Below the pieces are notes generated by a model. That model did not search any database, was not told the origin of the DNA, and worked only from the letters and a program-made list of their open reading frames with translations. Below are positions 14,201 to 26,200 of a stretch of DNA of 64,000 nt, piece after piece; position 1 is the first letter of the stretch; every line of letters begins with the position of its first letter. The DNA is from Pocillopora damicornis. Lineage: Eukaryota. The DNA is taken from the NCBI RefSeq assembly GCF_003704095.1, contig NW_020846071.1:1-64000 (forward strand). The letters are read 5' to 3'. The position numbers were made by a program, and so were the translations under genes.

Positions 14201-16041
14201 AAGTGGAATTACTTCAGACGCCAACAGTGTTAGGTTAAAGCTAGACCCGACTTCATGGAGTGTTGGAAAATACATCTCTCTCTGCCCTATTGGTACAGTA
14301 CTCTATGGAAACAATTTCATTTGCGGTGAGTAACCTTTAATTGTTTTTAGTATATAGGACTCTATCGGAGAACGCGACATCCTTTATGCTGGTAACCATT
14401 TGCAATGAATACACCATAATGAATACATTTTAACAGTTCCTATGCATCAACGTGACCAGCAGACGCGCTGAGATCCGAATAAATAGGTTCAAGATAGGGC
14501 CTGAGATATTATGGCGTGGGTCTGTTATCAAATGCGTGACAGTCGTGTGCTGAAGTGATCTTCTAAAAGTTGAAATCTTAATTTAAGATTTCAGATTTTG
14601 ACACGATTTCTTACTATTTTCACTTGTATTCCATTTAGTCAACTGTCCACCTGGAGCATATGGGGACATAAACGGGACGTTACCCGCTTGTTTCCCGTGT
14701 CCCGTGGGAACATATCAGCCCGATGAAGGACAAACGTCATGCGTGCCTTGTCCCCCTGGTTTTACTTCCGGTAGTATAGGATTGGAGGATATTTCTTCGT
14801 GCCAAGGTGAGAGGCTGCATTCTTAAATTAAGGGATCCATCGGGTATTGGCTTAGGATAATGACATCTAGACTTGATTTCTTCGGGGTATACATAAAGAA
14901 ACATCTAGTTTTTCTATTGAATTAATCACAGTAAGCAAAGACAAAGGAAGGTAGAACACGAATTAGCACTATAAATGTGAAAGCTACTTCTAAAACGATT
15001 ATTATGAGAAACGACATAGGAACTTTTAAAGTGGTTTTAAGTAATTCTCGCTCTTAGAGCCCCTCACTTCTCTCAGTTTTCAAGACTTTCGTGCTAACAT
15101 CCTGCTGGTAAAAGAAGAAGAGGTTCCCACAAAAAGAGGACGAAAATGAGGGAGAATGCTCTGTCGCTTTGACTTGCTCACTTTTTTCATTCGCCACCAC
15201 TAATTCAGATCCTAGAACAGCCTTAGGAAAACAAATCCTAATTTCGTTCGTATTCGTGTGTTTATTTGCTGTTACTGCTGTTAAGAAGCGACGACTTCTC
15301 TGTTAAACAGATCTGACACTAGACACAACCACACCAGGAGCTAGGACATCCCAGTTGTCAAATGTCTCCACAACTTTATCAAGACCATCTCCCACTGCCT
15401 CTTTGACGACCCATGAAGATGAAATTAGTAGTGAGGAGCCCAAGACACTGAATGTTAGGAGTTACCACGATGTTTCCTTCAAATGGAAAATAGCCTTTGG
15501 AGTTTGTTTGGCTGTAACCATCATATTACTGGCAGGTAAGCTGAGTAACTTTCATTACTTCTAAAGGAACGGCTTTGAGCATCTCGGAAATGGCCTTTTA
15601 AGACTAAATCACTTAACCTGTAAAAAGTAACATTCTAGAATCTTTCTTCGCTTGTTTGATTCCAAAGGAATGCTGCTCTATGGCGTGAACTACCGCGTCA
15701 AGAAAATCAGAAGATTCGGATTATCAAACAATGATTCCACTAAGAAATCAAAGAGTGGACACACATTTCAGAATCCCGTCTACGACGATACTGAAGTACA
15801 TGGACAAGCATACACCCAGAGTAACGTCACTTACGAGCTGACTGAGCCTCCGGCTAAGAAGAAAATGGTAGCAATAGCTGAAAATGACAAGCATACGCCC
15901 CAGAATCCTTTGTGCAGTGTACCAGAAGCTGATAATCAAGATCCACTGGAATGTGGCCATGTCAACCCAGCCTACCAGATGACCGGCGATACCGACAGGG
16001 AAATGGAAACTTGCAAGAACTCACTTGAAATATTACAATGA
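2136..16041 (+). CDS. Multi-exon type I transmembrane receptor-like protein, about 2,604 aa (SP-EMI-EGF-6x cbEGF-2x sushi-EGF-large novel region-2x Ig-SEA-like-Ephrin_rec_like-stalk-TM-NPxY tail)
   Basis: Hand-spliced exons, all GT-AG and phase-compatible: 2136-2218, 3003-3131, 3504-3613, 4155-4250, 4527-4643, 5194-5313, 5547-5663, 6087-6209, 6324-6446, 6700-6819, 7254-7427, 7971-8147, 8404-9728, 9824-9962, 10231-14325, 14639-14806, 15311-15535, 15668-16041. Total 7,815 nt, a multiple of 3. The acceptor at 10231 is the least certain. Confidence 0.85.
2567..2770. mobile_element. Palindromic interspersed repeat, probable Penelope-like retroelement remnant
   Basis: Inverted arms of about 60 bp (2567-2694) plus a tail. 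A homologous copy lies at 36371-36535. Contains a degenerate hammerhead-like motif ctgtcga-ggggctgaaactc-gaaacgtc. Confidence 0.6.
3003..3613 (+). CDS. Gene 1 exons 2-3 (3003-3131, 3504-3613): EMI-like domain
   Basis: [80 protein letters not shown] matches the EMI pattern of the MEGF10/EGFL7 type (NVx...C..C.R.Y+T.....CxxGW....C..PIC). Not represented in the ORF track. Confidence 0.65.
3344..3364. repeat. (CT)n microsatellite
   Basis: Directly visible. Confidence 0.85.
3776..3987. mobile_element. Related 210-bp MITE (family 2); second copy at 46848-47056
   Basis: Shared core cattatccagca.aca.gt.atgagaatactcaaac.tatca.gtag...gatctaacaccaaattct...cagatctt; right end aaagggtta. Confidence 0.65.
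4155..6819 (+). CDS. Gene 1 exons 4-10: one EGF plus six calcium-binding EGF domains
   Basis: One domain per phase-1 exon, e.g. [92 protein letters not shown]. Confidence 0.92.
7254..8147 (+). CDS. Gene 1 exons 11-12: two sushi/CCP domains
   Basis: [16 protein letters not shown]...[32 protein letters not shown] and [16 protein letters not shown]...[32 protein letters not shown]. Confidence 0.9.
8404..9962 (+). CDS. Gene 1 exons 13-14: EGF domain followed by an unannotated beta-rich region
   Basis: 456-aa ORF beginning [12 protein letters not shown]...[13 protein letters not shown]. The phase-0 donor at 9728 joins exon 9824-9962 ([15 protein letters not shown]...VEFK). Confidence 0.85.
10231..14325 (+). 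CDS. Gene 1 giant 4.1-kb exon: beta-rich region, coiled-coil/Cys/hydrophobic segment, RRRR site, helical region, two Ig domains, SEA-like region
   Basis: 1351-aa ORF. Ig motifs [19 protein letters not shown]...DDGNYTCEA and MKCTATS...YQW...EGFYKCNA (about 13278-13815). GTGAGT donor after 14325. Confidence 0.88.
14639..14806 (+). CDS. Gene 1 exon: Ephrin_rec_like (GCC2/GCC3) Cys-rich repeat
   Basis: [56 protein letters not shown]; phase-1 exon of 168 nt. Confidence 0.85.
15311..16041 (+). CDS. Gene 1 last two exons: Ser/Thr stalk, TM helix, cytoplasmic tail with NPxY motifs
   Basis: [24 protein letters not shown] spans the 15535/15668 junction and is followed by basic RVKKIRR. Tail contains FQNPVY and VNPAY. 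Stop TGA at 16039-16041. Confidence 0.87.
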
Positions 16042-16702
16042 CTGCTACTGCCAGATATTAAGATAACCTTTGTTACTTTTATCCCGGTTTTTTTTCTTTA
16101 AAAGGACTATTAAATATCAAGTATCAATTAAGTCTGTAATATAGCTGTTAACATTTTTCGATTATTTTAACTTTTAAAATACATTAATAAGGAGCAAATC
16201 TAAGAAAAAAAATAACTTTCAATTGACAGAGATCAATTCAAACGAAGCCGAGCTGTCTATGAGAGGTCTTCGAAAGAACGTTATACCCATAGAGAATGTG
16301 ATTTGCATTAGCCTCTTCGCCTCGGAACTTTGCAAAGATGTCGTTTTTCCTTGTCTGCGAAGAGATAATTCTTTTTATGTATTTCTGGCAAACGATGATA
16401 AATTTAAGGTGATAAATACGTTTTATACTTTGTTAATGCTGTCTCGTCGTATAGTGGTTTCATGCATTGCTAAGGAAGTAGAAAAATTATGTGCCCAAAA
16501 TGCACATGAAGGCTAATACTCTTTACAATGGAAAGCTTACAGTCATAAACCAAGAATTAAAGCGCATTGATGCAATTTCATTGCAACTTTTCTTGTGGCA
16601 TCAACCGCCAACCGCCCCCCCCCCTCCAAGGAAAAACAATTTTGAATTCTCCCCTTGAAATGAAAAGGCACACGGGTTGTTGACATTGAAAATCAATGAA
16701 AC

Positions 16703-16708
16703 TTTATT
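16703..16708 (-). promoter_or_regulatory. Candidate polyadenylation signal of gene 2
   Basis: AATAAA on the - strand about 300 nt downstream of the stop at 17011. Confidence 0.4.
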
Positions 16709-17010
16709 CCATTTGCTAAACTAAAAACGTAGGCGTTGATTTAAACAGGAGACCTTCATTAAAGGAATATCTGAATCAATTTTCAGAGAGAAAACAAGGT
16801 AAACGATCTTGAATTAAGACACCTTTGCCTCATATAAACTGACAGGCAACACTCAGTCAGTTATGCAATGTTGCGTTACGCAAAGCTTTATGTAACGCAA
16901 CGATTGCTACCAAAAACACCTCAGTGATTGTGCAGTTGCAACTTAAATAAGGAAGGTTTTTGATATTTTTATAGAGTGCCATCGTATCTACCTCGTTTAG
17001 ATTGGTTTAT

Positions 17011-17247
17011 CTACAAGGTTTTTAAAAATTCCGTTCCGTTTCGTTGTCCACTGTTGTCTTCAATCCTGGTCCCATTTATGTATTGTTCTCTGTTGTTTTC
17101 CATCCAGGTCCCATTTACGTAAGGTTCTTCGTTGCCTTCCATCCCGTTTCCATTAATGTATCGTTCTCCTTCTACATCAGTGCTGTTTCGGCCAGCTTCA
17201 TAGTTGAGCCGCTTCTGTAGATCTTGGTATCGTTCGCGTCCAGGACG
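17011..17247 (-). CDS. Gene 2 terminal exon: acidic tail with 14-aa repeats
   Basis: Phase-0 exon of 237 nt matching the phase-0 vWA donor: [78 protein letters not shown]. Not in the ORF track because it has no start codon. Confidence 0.72.
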   Translation of the reverse strand, partial: RPGRERYQDLQKRLNYEAGRNSTDVEGERYINGNGMEGNEEPYVNGTWMENNREQYINGTRIEDNSGQRNGTEFLKTL

Positions 17248-20200
17248 CTATTAGTAGAAAACAGATTGCAACGATATTTACTTTTAGGACAAAGAAAACA
17301 GAGAAAAGGACACTATTCTGGGTTGTCTTTCTTGGGATGACCCGATTTGGATAATTTTGGCTCATTAAGATTACATGTTATTATGAAAGCGTGACCTTTC
17401 TACGATGTGTAAGGTTAAATTGAAGAACACGTGAAAGAAGTGAGGTACTCATGTATGGACAGCACGCTCGAGCTACGATACTGTTCAGGAATCTATCTCT
17501 GACTCCATGCTGTCGTACAAATTTTCCCTAGTTTACGGGTGTAATCCCCCTCCCCCAGTCATGAAAATAAACAGATAATGGTGAGACTGCCTCAGGAAAA
17601 AGGTTGCGTTGAAAGATGAGGAGGAAGAGGAGGGAAGATTACTCAGACTGGCCCCTTTTCCCATTTACCCAACAAAGTATTCGATAATCGTTGCAGCTAC
17701 TTTTTAATTAGTTTGGGGCGACAAGAACATTGTTGAAAGGTGAATTTGAAATTGAACCAAAATAATACTCTTCTTCCAGTTCTTTCAAGCACAGCACAGG
17801 TTATTAGACAACGACTATGAACCAATGAGATAAGAACTTGTAGACTTTTACATTTAAGCCTTCAATGTCTTCAACATCTACCTTCTCCATACAGTATCAC
17901 CCATGCATCAAACACTGAGCTCACGCGGATAAAATAAATAATTGCTTACTAAAACAGCTTTTAATTGTCAAACAAGTTTTCCTTGTCAGTAACATAGGAA
18001 AAATTCAGAGACAGAGTTTGGAGAAGATGCATAATGATTTTAAGATACAAAGGGAATAGCATACCATTTCCAGGTGTATAGCCTTAGCGATGGTACCCGC
18101 TCTAGCGACCAGGCTGCTGTACGAGCGAACCCTATACACGTGCCTGTTCCTGTAGGTAAAGGGTCGCAGGTATCGCTGATCAACATAACCAACTCCAATG
18201 ATAAACACCTTGACGCCATAACGCCTGAACTGCGACGGAAGCCTACTGATGAGGTAGGAGGATCTTGCAGTCTGCTTGCCGCTGACTACCACCACCAAGA
18301 CCTTTCGGATGAAAGAGAACATCTGCCTCCTTGCGAAGAAATATCGGAGACAAGCTTGTAATCCGAGATCGACTCGCCGACCGACTTGGTTTGGAAAGCG
18401 GATGTAGTTCAAGGCTCTGAGTACCAGACCTAACGAGTTGTACTGGTTCAAACGCATGCGCAGATGTGGCCGGCTTCCGTAAGTTGCCACACCAACGTGT
18501 GATTGGTACTTACTGATTGTGAAACGACGGGCGATCGACTTGATGAAGGCCTTCTCAAAGTGGAAATTTCTGCGACCGACATAGCGGGAGCCATCGATCA
18601 AGAAAGCAATATCAGCAGTAACACCGACGTGAGACACACCTGTTATACATGAAACATGAAATAAGCATCGCTTCATATTGACTCCTTGCTTTATCTCATT
18701 GCTTTCAAACATTTCACATCAAAGGAGAAGACTGAAAAAATACACGAGTGAATACTCACTTCCACCGGGTAATTTTGGCCGCACTGGTTTCGGACGCACT
18801 GGCCTGATTCGCCCTGAAAGCGAAAAAACACCAAACGATTGTAAAGAACCTACCTTAAAAGATACTCGAGAATGATGGATAAAGTGTAAGTTCACTGTTT
18901 TAGTGATGTATCAGCTCTTTTTCTCTTTCTCTATTCTTGTGTTCCCAAAAGTTACTCGGGTTGGTACAAAACAGAACGCACTTACGCCAGTGTCGCCCTT
19001 TCGTCCGGAATATTGTGTACGAGTCATAATAATATAAGAATTTCGGTGTAAATCCATTAACGTCCTTTAGAAAATTTTGCAATCTTATTGGCTGCACTAC
19101 TGGCTATCTATTCTGTATTGGATAGTAAGCATAGTGAGTAGCCTAAAAGTGTGCGATTGTAGAAAAACCAAAATAAGAACGTGATACTGTATCGTTGTTA
19201 CGTTTTGACCGACTATAAGATTAAACCGATACATTATTCACTCTTAATTTATGCCTGATAGTTGATCATCATTATCAGTGAATTACCATTCATACAATTG
19301 ATACATCTGCCTACTTAAAACTAACAGTTTTGCTATTATCGTAACGAAAGTCTTCCTTCGAATTTTCAACCTCTAGTTTCTGATCAATTCAAAATAACAA
19401 GTATGACAAGCATACTGGTTCAAATCAGCACACAGCTTTAGTTACTTACTGACGCAGTTGCCCCATTTCCTATCCCGATCATAGTTGGGTGTGATAGCGC
19501 ACCATCTACGGCTGTGGCGAGTTCTTGTGCAGCTGTTGTAACGACGGCCTTTGTAAATGAACGGAAACACACAGCAATGTCGGCTTGTGGTTCGTCTCTT
19601 GCAATATCCTGTTTTAAAGAAAGAGAATAACACCAGCTGTATGTCAGTTCTGAATAATATTAAACCTTTTCGCTCTAACATCAGTGTTCATATTCTCCAT
19701 ACTGTTTTCATTCATTTCCGAAGGTGTTGACAAGGAGAATGTGTTGAAAAAATCCATAGCTTCTCTAGTCAGTGATCATTTCCTCCATTCTTGTTACGTC
19801 AATGTTTGATTCAGAGGTGATACAGTGAGGCGAAACTACATTCTAATCACTTAGGGATTAAAGGGTTAAAGGGAAAAAAGCAGTTATGATAACCACTTAA
19901 TTGTAATGGGAAGCCCGAAGAAGGATAGACTAGAGCAAATAAACACACAAACAAACAAAAGAATAACAACAGCAAATTCCTCGTTAAAGCTGTATCACAT
20001 CATTTGCGACCGTGCTTGAAGCAGCTTCTACACGATATTGTGCAGAGTAGTTAACTTTCATATCAGACAGTAAGGGAGAAATGAATATCAACAAGAGACA
20101 AAGAAGGCAAATTTGAACAAGGACTGGTGGTACACACTCCAACAACATTGGCAAAAAAAAAATTCAGATGGACAGACCCTTACGTTATTTTTTTTCCAAA

Positions 20201-23200
20201 TCTACCATTTTCTTATCTTTACCGCATTGGATCGGTGTGCGAGAGATCGTAGGATGAACTCTTGTTAAGGCCGCACCAAAACCTTTTACACCCTAACATC
20301 AGTATGCATATTCTCCATACTGTTCTCTATACATTTCCTAAGGTGCTAACAAGGAGAATTTGTTTAACAATCAAGAGCTTCTTTAGTTGGTGATCATTTC
20401 TTTTATTCTCATGACCTTCATGTGTGATTCTGGGGTGATATTGTGGGGAGAAATTTCATGTTAGTCACTCTTAGGGTTCAAAGGGTTAATTGTAATTTAC
20501 TGTCTGTGAACAAGTTTTCAACACGTTAAAACTTACCTCTTACGGAGTAAACATCATTAGCCCAAGGTCCTCCCTTTCCATTCCTACACCTGTTGGATCG
20601 TCCATACCTCCTGTATGTCAACTGAGCTCTTCGACTTGTGGCGCACCATCCCTGATGTTGTACAGCGAACACACTGTATCCCCTTCTCATGGCCACCAAA
20701 GCGCATTTCGTAATGGCGTCTGCTCTTCTGCGGTAATAACCGTCGAGAATGGAATCTCGACCTTCCGCTGGTGGAACGGCACGTCGACTAGTATCACGGA
20801 AACATCCAATTGACTTGGCTGAAGAAGAGAGCATATATATTTAAAATAAATTTTCTTACACAGAGATGGAAGCAGAAGAGCGAACTGTCCCACAAAGAAA
20901 CTCGCTTACCGCTGACTCCGGTAGTGATTCGTATGGGTGGAGCTGTTGACGACAAAACAAAATGCAAGATCTTTAAGTTTGTGACGCCTACTTAACAATT
21001 TACGAAAGGCTTAAGCGCCAACAAGAAAGAAAGACCTTGGATACACTTAGACTGTACATTTAAAAAGTGAAGCATAGCTGAGTTTTGAATAACTTGCGTC
21101 TTTCACCAAGAGCCTCTGCAGGCCGTCAAAGACATATAAAGCGTAAGCGTGACTGAGATAAATACGAAAGGTTAGAGATAACTTTTGGGTCGGAGAGTTT
21201 GGATCTAAGGCTATACTCGAAAAGAGCTGGTGTCAAAAGAAATTAAATGAAGGCAAACGATGACCGCTTTAGAGAACTTATATAACGTGTTGTCTGAAAA
21301 TTAATAATTCTCAAACACGAGAAAGAGACAACACTGGACCTCCCAGGACAAAATTACTTGAAGTGCGATAATGAGCATTAAAAACGTCATTTTGTGTGGC
21401 AAACAGAGGAGGGAAAGACTCATAATTTATGTTTAAGCCCCTGAAGGGCGATGTGTTAATAAAATTCAAACCAGTAAATGAGCAAGTGAATTTTCTCACA
21501 TCTTTTTCCTCTGCAATATCCCCAGGCTGTTCCCCTTCGATATCCTCCAAAGGTGATTGGGCACCAGGGCCTTGTCTTTCCACGTCTGGTACACGAATAG
21601 TGTCTGCGCCCGCGGTATACAAACGGAAAAACGCAGCAGTGACCTCGAGTAGTTCTGTGACGACATGTTCCTAGAATAAAGAAGTATAGAAAATACAGAA
21701 AACCATAGCGAGATTCCAGGCTTTTTCAAATGGTTTGAACTTCAAGTTTCTAAGTTGTTATAGGATTATAAAAAAGCGTATCAGACTACTAAAGTGGTGT
21801 AACCCTTTCTAGCATGTCTTGTGAATTTACAAACCAACCTAATTCAACAAACTATCTAAGGAATAAAACACAATAAACGTAAAATTAAGGCGTGTATCTG
21901 TTGGTTGTTCTAGATTTTCAAGTGCAGTAAAACAAAATGGTGCATCACGTTTCATGCTTAACCAGTCAACGTTTATTGCCTGAGGGAGACTGGTACTACG
22001 CGGTCAAAACAGCAAGTGACACATTGAAGGACATTTGTTTAATTTTTGTTGCATTTGAACTGCGCTTTATGTACTTCAAAGACAAAACAAACCTGTGAAT
22101 ATAATGACCACTTGTGCAAATCAATTACCTGATACTCTGTAAACATCATTGGCCCAAGGCCCCCCCTTGCCATTCCTACACCTGTTGGATTTTCCATATC
22201 GAGCGAAAGTTCTATGAGCCTGCGGTCCTGACGCACACCATCCACCGTCCTGAACACCAAACACAGCGTACCGCTGACTAGCAGCAGTCAAGGCGCATAA
22301 TTTGATGGCATTTCTTCGTAGTTTATAGTTTCCTCTTAAGAGGCGACTTCTTCCGTCCATTTGTGGTATGGCCCGCCGAGCTGTGTCTCTATAGCAACCA
22401 ATTCTTTGAACTGAAAAGAAAAAAAAACAAAAGAAAAAAAACACGAGGTTTACCCTTAAATAATTAAAAAAACAAGGAGATGGTCATTTTTTTGTCCGTT
22501 GATTCAAGTGAAGAAAGATGTTATTCAGTGAATGGCAAAAGCATCACGCATGAAAAGAGAACAAAAAGGTTTCTCTGTCATTCACTGAATAATATCTTCC
22601 TTACAAAAATAAATCTCTACCAAAAAATTAAAATACTAGAATGAGCCTTTACCTAGAAATACGAACATTTTGTCGTGAGTTTATNNNNNNNNNNNNNNNN
22701 NNNNNNNNNNNNNNNNNNNNNNNNNNNNNNNNNNNNNNNNNNNNNNNNNNNNNNNNNNNNNNNNNNNNNNNNNNNNNNNNNNNNNNNNNNNNNNNNNNNN
22801 NNNNNNNNNNNNNNATATTATTATATATTTTACATATTATATTTCATAAAAATACTAGAATAAGCCTTTACCTAGACATACGAACATTTTGTCGTGAGGT
22901 TATGTAAAATTTAAAGGATATAGCTCGTAATCTTCAACAAGTGTTAAATAAAGAAAATAAAGCAACTTACTCCTTATTGAAGGTGTGACCTTTATAGGGC
23001 GTACTGCAATCAAAAAGACAGATCAACGTCAAATATTTGTCGCTTCTGATGCATAGCAAGTACAGACTTCCTATGCAGATAAAGACCAAAAAAATTTTTT
23101 TTTTCTCCGAGATCGACACAAAGACATCCCTAACCTCCTCGTCCTCCGCAAAATCCCCACAGTTTGTCCACGTCATAGTTTGGAGTGAGGGCGCACCATG

Positions 23201-26200
23201 GACGGCCTCTGGAGCGCACCCGGGAGCAGCGGTTGTAACGCCTGCCACGGTAAATGAACGGGAACACGCAGCAGTTCTGGCTGGTCGTTCTTGTTCTGCA
23301 GGAGCCTGAGACGAATTGAACCGCATAGATTCACTAGTGTACGCTAATCATATCCCGCTTTCTCTAAAATACTTCATGGGCTCATTCTTCGAAACATTAA
23401 GGAAATTTATGCCGGCATTTGTCAAGAACAAAACAAAAATGCGTCGAAATGGCCAGCATGTATAAAACTATTGTTACAGATGGGGCGTCTAGATTCTTCA
23501 ACTTCTTTGTTGATGTGCATAAAAGATAAAAAGGTGAACGTTTCGGAGATTGAATGGTACGGACAGAACAATGTCACGAAATAGTTCCTGCTTCCAAATG
23601 GACATTTCTATTTAGGACCATTAGAATTCTCTTAAAAAGCCGTAAATAATGTTTTCTCTGACCTCTCAAGACGTAGACATCATTAGCCCAAGGTCCTCCC
23701 TTTCCATTCCTACATCTGTTAGATCTTCCGTATCTCTTGTATGTTAAGTGTCCTGTCCTGGAAGCAGCACACCATCCCCCATGCTGCACTGCGAACACTC
23801 TGAAGCCTCGTTTTTGTGCAGCCAGAGCACATTTTCTAATGGCGTACTTCCGTCGACGATAACTTCCTTTAAGAAGACGACTTCTCCCTTCCAGTGGAGA
23901 TATGGCTCGTCGGCCTGTGTCTCTGAAGCAACCGATGTTCTTTGCTGTAAAAAAAGAAATGGAAAAATGAAGGATAAGATGAAAAATTAAGTCTTTTATA
24001 CTTTTATACTCCTGCAACTAACTGTCAAAGTGGATCTCAAAGGCGGATACAGAGAATTCATAAAAGGGAGGCCGGAAAATCGCGTCTGGAGAATAGACTC
24101 CCTCCACAACAGTAATTTCATAAACATCCATACAAGGTGCTTACAAAATAATTAAAAGTAGAGTGGCGAGTGCGCCCCCTACTTCCGTCTCTCCTACTAA
24201 ATACACGCTCACAAACCATAGGAAGCACGGACCTCGGTTCCTCAAAATATGGTACTTTCTTTAAATTTCTTTGAACTCGACATGCTCTGTCAGCTTTGCA
24301 TGTAGCAAACATACAGGCGTGCTTCACACTAAACGGAATAATTTCCATTGCGCAAAAGAATAAGTAACCTAATTACAACAAATATTTTCAGAGGGATACA
24401 AACCTCCTAACCCAACGGTGATTCTTACAACTGTTCCTGTAGACACAAATGAAAATAAGACGAATGAATTGCAAGATATTTGCACGAAATAAAGATAGTG
24501 AGGTGCACAGAGATGTTCCAAGTACAATTCTTACCTGGCCTTATTGGTCTAACCGGTTTTACAGGTCTAACCGGGCGACGTCCTGAGAAAAGATAAATCA
24601 AAAGAATTATGTTCTCGTTTCTTAACACAACTGTTATTGTGAGTAATCTTCACATTGATTTTAAGAAAATTGAACAAAAGCTGTAGCAGAAATCACCCCG
24701 ACCAATAATGGAGGAAAAGGTCGTTAAAAGCATTAAACCAAACTCTAAAGATATGTTGTGAAGCAAAAAAAATACTTTAAGTGTGAAATGATAAAAACTT
24801 CTTGGAGAGCTCTAATCTCTCGAGACCAATAATTTATTTCCTTTAAAAGTCAATTTAATATCCGGGAGAAAGGAAGTATAGCAGAATGTCAGCAAAGAAA
24901 TATTTTTTGATTCAAAATCAAATTCTCAGTACTTAAAATATAAGAAACGAATGGCAGATAATAAGGAGAACTTAAGTTCTTAGGGGGTAAAAGGATCTTG
25001 AACTTACCAGCACAGTTACCCCATTTCTTGTCTCTGTCATAGTTGCCGGTCAGCGAGCACCATGGACGATTGTGATTCTTTTTCGTGCAACTGTTATAAC
25101 GGCGGCCTTTATAGATGAACGGGAAGCTGCAGCAGTAGCGAGAGGTCGTTCTCTTTCGGCACCTCCCTACGAAAACAAAGCGAGAGCTGTATGAAACAGA
25201 CCCATAATAGGCGGTATAAGCACTGTTTTGTCTCATCTTACTTTCAATCGAATCGTCCGATCGTCCGGGCGAGAGTAGCCCCGAAAAGGATTGTGAATAT
25301 TACGAAGCGACAGTCTCTTTGGCCTCACCTTGAATGAAATACACGTCATTGGCCCAAGGTCCTCCTTTCCCGTTTCTACACCGATTGGATCGTCCATACC
25401 TCCTGTAAGTCAAGTGAGCTCTTCGACTTGTGGCGCACCATCCCTGATGTTGTACAGCAAAGGCTACATGACCGAGCCTCAAGGCAACCAGAGCGCATTT
25501 GTCAATGGCGTCGGCTCTTCTTCGGTAATAATCCCGGAGAAGAATATCTTTGCCGTCTATACCGGGAATAGCTCGACGAGCAGTGTCGCGCCAGCAGCCT
25601 CTTGACTTGACTGAAAATACATGTCAACATATTTTTAAGGTCAAAACTTCGCCTTTTGTATTTGTTTACTTAAAAATAAAAACCTGATGAATTTTATAAC
25701 GATGTCGCAATTATTAAGAATGAATCAAGATGAGTGAATGAAATGTTTCGTTCTAATTTTGTTAGCCCTAACAAGTCTAAACGTTTAAACTTATTACAAA
25801 TTAACTGACTGATCACTGTCGCCAAACACAATGAAAGCATTACGCGGGAGTATCAGATTTCTCTATTTGTTCTCGGTTTTCACAAAAAGTGGTATTTTAG
25901 GAGATAATCTATGATTAGGTTTAAATTATGCTCCAATAACATTTCGTAATAGGTAAGATTGCTACAAAGATGACTGTGTTGATTATCTCATAACGGAATT
26001 GTTCATGGTCATTACAATATTCCTTTAGAAATAAGTAAAAAAATTACATACCTCTCACTCCAGTTGTCACCTTTATTGGTTTGGCTGAAAAGATCAATCG
26101 TAAGACAATATATTTACCTTTTGTTAAAATTTATACAAATGCAATATAGAGATAAAGGTCAAGATCCAGCTTATGACAATAAGACGCCAAGCTGACAAGG

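Noticed and set aside
10205-14275. Multiple minus-strand ORFs within the giant exon
   Set aside because: Antisense shadows of a long coding exon, with no domain signal.
2136-16041. Assigning a gene symbol such as SVEP1, SCUBE, MEGF6 or fibrillin
   Set aside because: Only generic modules are shared, and the overall architecture matches none of them.
22631-22905. About 54-bp direct repeat flanking the 130-N gap
   Set aside because: Most likely overlapping contig ends from two haplotypes (a few mismatches), not a biological duplication.
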